A stretch of DNA of 64,000 bases from a bacterium (GTDB taxonomy: Bacteria > UBA8248): positions 1,536,001 to 1,600,000 of the forward strand of contig OZ241875.1 of assembly GCA_965203325.1 (NCBI GenBank), read 5' to 3'. Both the position numbers and the translations under genes were made by a program. Of this stretch, positions 60,459 to 64,000 are shown in pieces; position 1 is the stretch's first letter, and each line of letters opens with the position of its first letter. Under the pieces are notes generated by a model. It was not told the origin of the DNA, did no database searches, and saw nothing but the letters and a program-made list of their open reading frames with translations.

Positions 60459-61411
60459 GTTTTTCCGGTCCTGTCGTTGCGCTCGCAGGCGGAGTGGGAG
60501 GCGCCAAGCTCGCCGTCGGTCTCGCCCACGAGCTGCCCGAGGGGGCGCTCACCGTCGTCGTAAACACCGCCGACGACCTGGTGCTGCACGGCCTGCACAT
60601 CAGCCCGGACATCGACACCGTGATGTACAACCTCGCGGGCATGTCCAATCCCGAGACGGGCTGGGGCATCGACGGCGACGGGACGAGTGCGCTCGATCTG
60701 CTGGGGCGCTACGGGGGGCCGACCTGGTTCCGGCTCGGCGACAAGGATCTCGCGACCCACATTCGCCGAACCCAGCGTCTGGCCGAGGGCGCGCGCCTGA
60801 CGGAAGTGACGCGCGAGCTCGCCGCCTCCCTGGGCATTAAAGCGAACATATTGCCCATGACGGATTCTTCCATCGCCACGCGCGTGAAGACGCCCGAGGG
60901 CGAACTCGAGTTTCAGGATTACTTCGTGGCCAGGGGAACGAGGCCGAGCGTGTGCGGCGTGCGCTTTCAGGGAGCGGATGAGGCGCGTGCCACGCCCGAG
61001 GTCATGCGCGCGTTCGATGAGGCGAGCGCCATCGTTTTTTGCCCGTCCAATCCGATTGTGAGCATCGGCCCCATTCTCGCGATCTCGGACATCTATGAGA
61101 GGCTCCGCAGTGCGTCCACGCCGCGCGTGGGGGTCAGCCCCATCGTCGGGGGCGCGGCCTTGAGAGGACCCGCCGCCGAGATGCTGAAAAGCCTGGGGCA
61201 TGAGGTGTCGGCTCTGGGCGTCGCCCGGATTCTCGAAGACGTGCTCGACGGGTTCGTCGTGGACACCGAGGATGAGGCGCTGGTTTCACCCATCGAAGAG
61301 ATGGGGCTTCGGAGCATCGCGCTGCCCAGCATCATGACCGACGTTGATTCCAAGAAAAAACTTGCGCAAGGCGTTTTGGCGTTCGCCTCATCGGTGCAAA
61401 AGATGGCATAA
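60455..61411 (+). CDS. cofD: 2-phospho-L-lactate/PEP transferase CofD (FbiA)
   Basis: Motifs LAGGVGGAK, NTADD, SPDIDTVMY, WFRLGDKDLATH, FQDYFV and PSNPIVSIGPIL. Confidence 0.95.
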   Translation: MSFSGPVVALAGGVGGAKLAVGLAHELPEGALTVVVNTADDLVLHGLHISPDIDTVMYNLAGMSNPETGWGIDGDGTSALDLLGRYGGPTWFRLGDKDLATHIRRTQRLAEGARLTEVTRELAASLGIKANILPMTDSSIATRVKTPEGELEFQDYFVARGTRPSVCGVRFQGADEARATPEVMRAFDEASAIVFCPSNPIVSIGPILAISDIYERLRSASTPRVGVSPIVGGAALRGPAAEMLKSLGHEVSALGVARILEDVLDGFVVDTEDEALVSPIEEMGLRSIALPSIMTDVDSKKKLAQGVLAFASSVQKMA

Positions 61412-61447
61412 GAAGTTTCAGGTATACTCAAAATAATTTATCTCTTT

Positions 61448-62119
61448 ATGACCCCGGGAAGGATGATGAGTCTTTCGAGCCACTGCGTCGCCCTGATACC
61501 GGTTCGCGATTTCAGAACCGGAAAATCGAGGCTCGCGCAGACCCTGGATGAAAACGCCAGAAACGAATTGGGCCGCTGGATGCTCGAACGCGTCCTGAAG
61601 GCGGTCGGCGCTGCGGAACGGGTCGACGAGATCGCGGTGCTGAGCGATTCCGCGGAAGTCCTGACGCTCGCCGGTGAATACGGCGCGGTGGGCTTGCTCC
61701 ACGAATCAGGCGGCCTGAACCACGATCTGGAAATCGGCCGCTCCTGGGCGAGGGGGAGAAACGCCCGTTCCTTGTTGATCGTCCACGGAGATTTGCCGTT
61801 TCTGACGACGGAAGAAGTGAATGATCTTCTCCAGGGACTCGAACCATCAAAAAACTCCGGGCGCGAGGTGCGCATCGCCCGCTCGAAGGACGGCGGCACG
61901 ACCGGGCTGTCCATTCAGCCGATCGACGCGATTCCCTTCTCCTTCGGCGAGCGGAGCTTCGAGAAGCACCGCGCCGCAGCGAGGAAATACGGCTGCGAGG
62001 CGCAATCCTGTGAATCGTTCGGATTCGCGCACGACATCGACTCGCCCGAAGACCTCGAATTCCTGCTCTCCCGCGAAAAAGAAGCGCCCGCGTGGCTCGC
62101 TTCCGCTCCCATGAGATGA
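61448..62119 (+). CDS. cofC: 2-phospho-L-lactate/PEP guanylyltransferase CofC (FbiD)
   Basis: Motifs IPV....GKSRL, GLN, HGDLP, DGGT, FGERSFEKH and DIDSPEDL. Confidence 0.92.
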   Translation: MTPGRMMSLSSHCVALIPVRDFRTGKSRLAQTLDENARNELGRWMLERVLKAVGAAERVDEIAVLSDSAEVLTLAGEYGAVGLLHESGGLNHDLEIGRSWARGRNARSLLIVHGDLPFLTTEEVNDLLQGLEPSKNSGREVRIARSKDGGTTGLSIQPIDAIPFSFGERSFEKHRAAARKYGCEAQSCESFGFAHDIDSPEDLEFLLSREKEAPAWLASAPMR

Positions 62120-62877
62120 ACAACGTCGAAATCATCCCCGTCACCGGTTTGCCGGAAATCAAGGAGGGCGACGCGCTCGCCCCCCTGATCCTGGAAGCGA
62201 TTGAGACGGGCGGCATGAGGATCCGGGATCGGGACGTCCTCGTCCTCGCGCAAAAAATCGTCAGCAAGGCCGAAGGCAGGGTTCTGGATTTGAAAAGCGT
62301 CGAGCCGTCCCCCGAAGCGATCGATATCGCGAACCGCGACGGGCGCGACCCGAGGCTCGTGGAGGCGGTGCTCAGAGAATCGAACGAGATCGTCGTTGCG
62401 TCTGAGCGCGCGCTCATCGTGGAGCACCGCACGGGCGCGGTATGCGCCCACGCAGGCATCGATCGCTCAAACGTCGGGGGGGATGAAGACCACGTGCTGC
62501 TTCTGCCTCAGGACGCCGACGCTTCCGCCCGGAAATTTCATGATGAGATCAAGCGCACAACGGGTATGTTCGTTCCCGTCCTCATCGTCGACACGCAGGG
62601 ACGCGCCTTTCGCCGGGGTGTCGTCGGCGTGGCGATAGGGTGCGCCGGCCTGGAGCCCCTGGTGGACTTGAGGGGCGAGAAAGACCGCAGCGGCCGAATG
62701 CTTGAAATCACCGTACTCGCCCATGCGGATGAAATCGCGGCGGCGGCGAGCCTGGTGATGGGCCAGGACAAGCAGGGCGTTCCCGCCGTCCTGATTCGCG
62801 GGCTTGAGTATCACGGGGGAAACGCCCCCGCGCGCACGCTCTACCGCACGAAAGAAGAAGACTTGTTTCGCCCATGA
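62116..62877 (+). CDS. cofE: F420-0:gamma-glutamyl ligase CofE
   Basis: Motifs GLPEIKEGD, QKIVSKAEG, AGIDRSN, DTQGRAFR and ADEIAAAA. Confidence 0.95.
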   Translation: MNNVEIIPVTGLPEIKEGDALAPLILEAIETGGMRIRDRDVLVLAQKIVSKAEGRVLDLKSVEPSPEAIDIANRDGRDPRLVEAVLRESNEIVVASERALIVEHRTGAVCAHAGIDRSNVGGDEDHVLLLPQDADASARKFHDEIKRTTGMFVPVLIVDTQGRAFRRGVVGVAIGCAGLEPLVDLRGEKDRSGRMLEITVLAHADEIAAAASLVMGQDKQGVPAVLIRGLEYHGGNAPARTLYRTKEEDLFRP

Positions 62878-62907
62878 AACCAGGACTTTTCATATAAGGA
62901 TGCGCCC

Positions 62908-63240
62908 ATGGCCATACTCCATTGGAACGACGTCGAGGAAAGACAACTGAACAACATCATCCGGGGCAGAATCGTCAAGACGGACAACGTGATGGCGTGC
63001 CGGATCACGGCGAAGACCGGAAGCCCCATCAAGACCCACACCCACGAGTTCGACCAGATAACGCATATGATTCGGGGAAAGCTGAAGTTCCACTCGGGAG
63101 ACGAGGATTACAAAGTCGTAGAAGCAGGGGATGTCATGATCTTTCCGGCGGGCACCCCGCACGGCGGGGAAGTTCTTGAGGAAGCGGAGTACATCGACAT
63201 GTTCTCGCCGCCGAACCCGGATTTTCAGTGGGATAAATAA
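62908..63240 (+). CDS. Cupin domain protein
   Basis: Motifs HTHEFDQ, GD..IFPAGTPH and DMFSPP. Confidence 0.9.
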   Translation: MAILHWNDVEERQLNNIIRGRIVKTDNVMACRITAKTGSPIKTHTHEFDQITHMIRGKLKFHSGDEDYKVVEAGDVMIFPAGTPHGGEVLEEAEYIDMFSPPNPDFQWDK

Positions 63241-63294
63241 AAGGCGGGCTGGAATCGCTCTCTTTACCGGGAAGACATCAAGCGCCTGGCAAGA

Positions 63295-63330
63295 AGAGCC
63301 GGCCCTCCCCGAGTCGGGAGAGCCGGCTCT
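63295..63330. terminator. GC-rich hairpin between convergent genes
   Basis: AGAGCCGGC..CTCCC-GAGTC-GGGAG..GCCGGCTCT. Confidence 0.55.
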
Positions 63331-63537
63331 CTAGCTCTTGAACCGTCTGAGGTTCGTGCTTTTCCCCGGCTCCCGCCGGCTCATCCGCTCCAGCGCCAAG
63401 CCCGCTTCGAGCACCTCCTGGTTGAAGCGAAACTCCTCCCAGGAGCATCTGGCCAGCAGGTGCGGCGGGAGGCCATAGGTCTTCGCCTGGAAATGAATGA
63501 CCGCCAGCAGCTCCTTTCTACGCCTGCGGAAACGCAT
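63331..63537 (-). CDS. Small ORF, candidate gpGT-like extension of a tail assembly chaperone
   Basis: Overlaps the 3' end of 63518-63910 in the +1 frame; LLAVIHFQAKTYGLPP..L..EFRFN pattern. Confidence 0.45.
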   Translation of the reverse strand: MRFRRRRKELLAVIHFQAKTYGLPPHLLARCSWEEFRFNQEVLEAGLALERMSRREPGKSTNLRRFKS

Positions 63538-63910
63538 CGCCTCCCGGCGCGCCCTCCCCGGAAACAGGAGCCGCCGCTTCGTTCTGCATGGCCGTGACGG
63601 CGGTGAAAATGGCGTCGGCATCCGCCGGGGCGAGTTCATGGATGCTCAGTTCATCCGGCAGGCATCGGCCCGGTTCTTTCTCCGTCATCGAGCCGCGCTC
63701 GGGTACGAAGCAGCGCCTCAGGATGCAGTGCACCCATTCCCCGGTAAGCGCATATTGCTCTTCCTCGCCCGCAGCGCCGTTAGCGGCGCCCGCGAAGAGC
63801 TTCGGATACGCCGCCATGTCCAGGAGATTCGGCGCGCGCACGAAACCCTTGAGCCCCGACGGCAGGGCGATGGGCTTGCGTCCATGGTTTCTGTATTCTG
63901 ATATTTCCAC
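63518..63910 (-). CDS. Hypothetical protein resembling a phage tail assembly chaperone (gpG-like)
   Basis: GGAGG-GTG start; 130 aa; motifs IALPSG..FVR.P.L.D, CFVP and IHEL...D..AIF; ends in ..AFPQA. Confidence 0.5.
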   Translation of the reverse strand: MEISEYRNHGRKPIALPSGLKGFVRAPNLLDMAAYPKLFAGAANGAAGEEEQYALTGEWVHCILRRCFVPERGSMTEKEPGRCLPDELSIHELAPADADAIFTAVTAMQNEAAAPVSGEGAPGGDAFPQA

Positions 63911-63977
63911 GATTCCTCCCGTTCGTTCTCGCTGAATGAGACTTGACCAAGGTGAAGAAGAAGCCGCCTTTATTGGC

Positions 63978-64000
63978 GGCTGTTGAAAAACCCCTCGCCG
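63978..64000. mobile_element. Terminal inverted repeat of another MITE (continues beyond the window)
   Basis: GGCTGTTGAAAAACCCCTCG is close to the reverse complement of the 36301-36322 end. Confidence 0.55.

Overview
High-GC bacterial chromosomal window, probably from a diderm (it encodes a DUF1302 outer-membrane protein). The gene mix is reminiscent of Nitrospinota/Tectomicrobia-like lineages, but that is inference only. Core content: TPP riboswitch-thiC; three luciferase-like (LLM) oxidoreductases; a DUF1302-DUF1329-YCF48-RND/MMPL operon; a sugar-type ABC importer; a VOC/aldolase/FAH/LeuCD-like catabolic cluster; hemE-hemH-hemY (hemY frameshifted); tRNA-Cys; glgX-glgB; tartrate dehydratase; a Tat sulfite oxidase; an amidase; aroE; and a complete coenzyme F420 biosynthesis operon (cofG-cofH-frhB-like-nitroreductase-cofD-cofC-cofE-cupin). 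Accessory or unusual elements: (1) a lower-GC stand-alone 782-aa dynamin-like GTPase with an integrase-arm-like N-terminus and an operator-bracketed sigma70 promoter; (2) an orphan AbiEi antitoxin with a truncated toxin, between two diverged ~800-bp direct repeats; (3) a candidate 6S-like RNA with adjacent motif hairpins; (4) several nested REP/MITE families, the large ones in convergent intergenic spacers; (5) an orphan phage-tail-chaperone-like gene pair with a possible +1 frameshift at the window end. No CRISPR array, integrase or transposase was seen. All family calls come from motif recognition by eye, not database searches.
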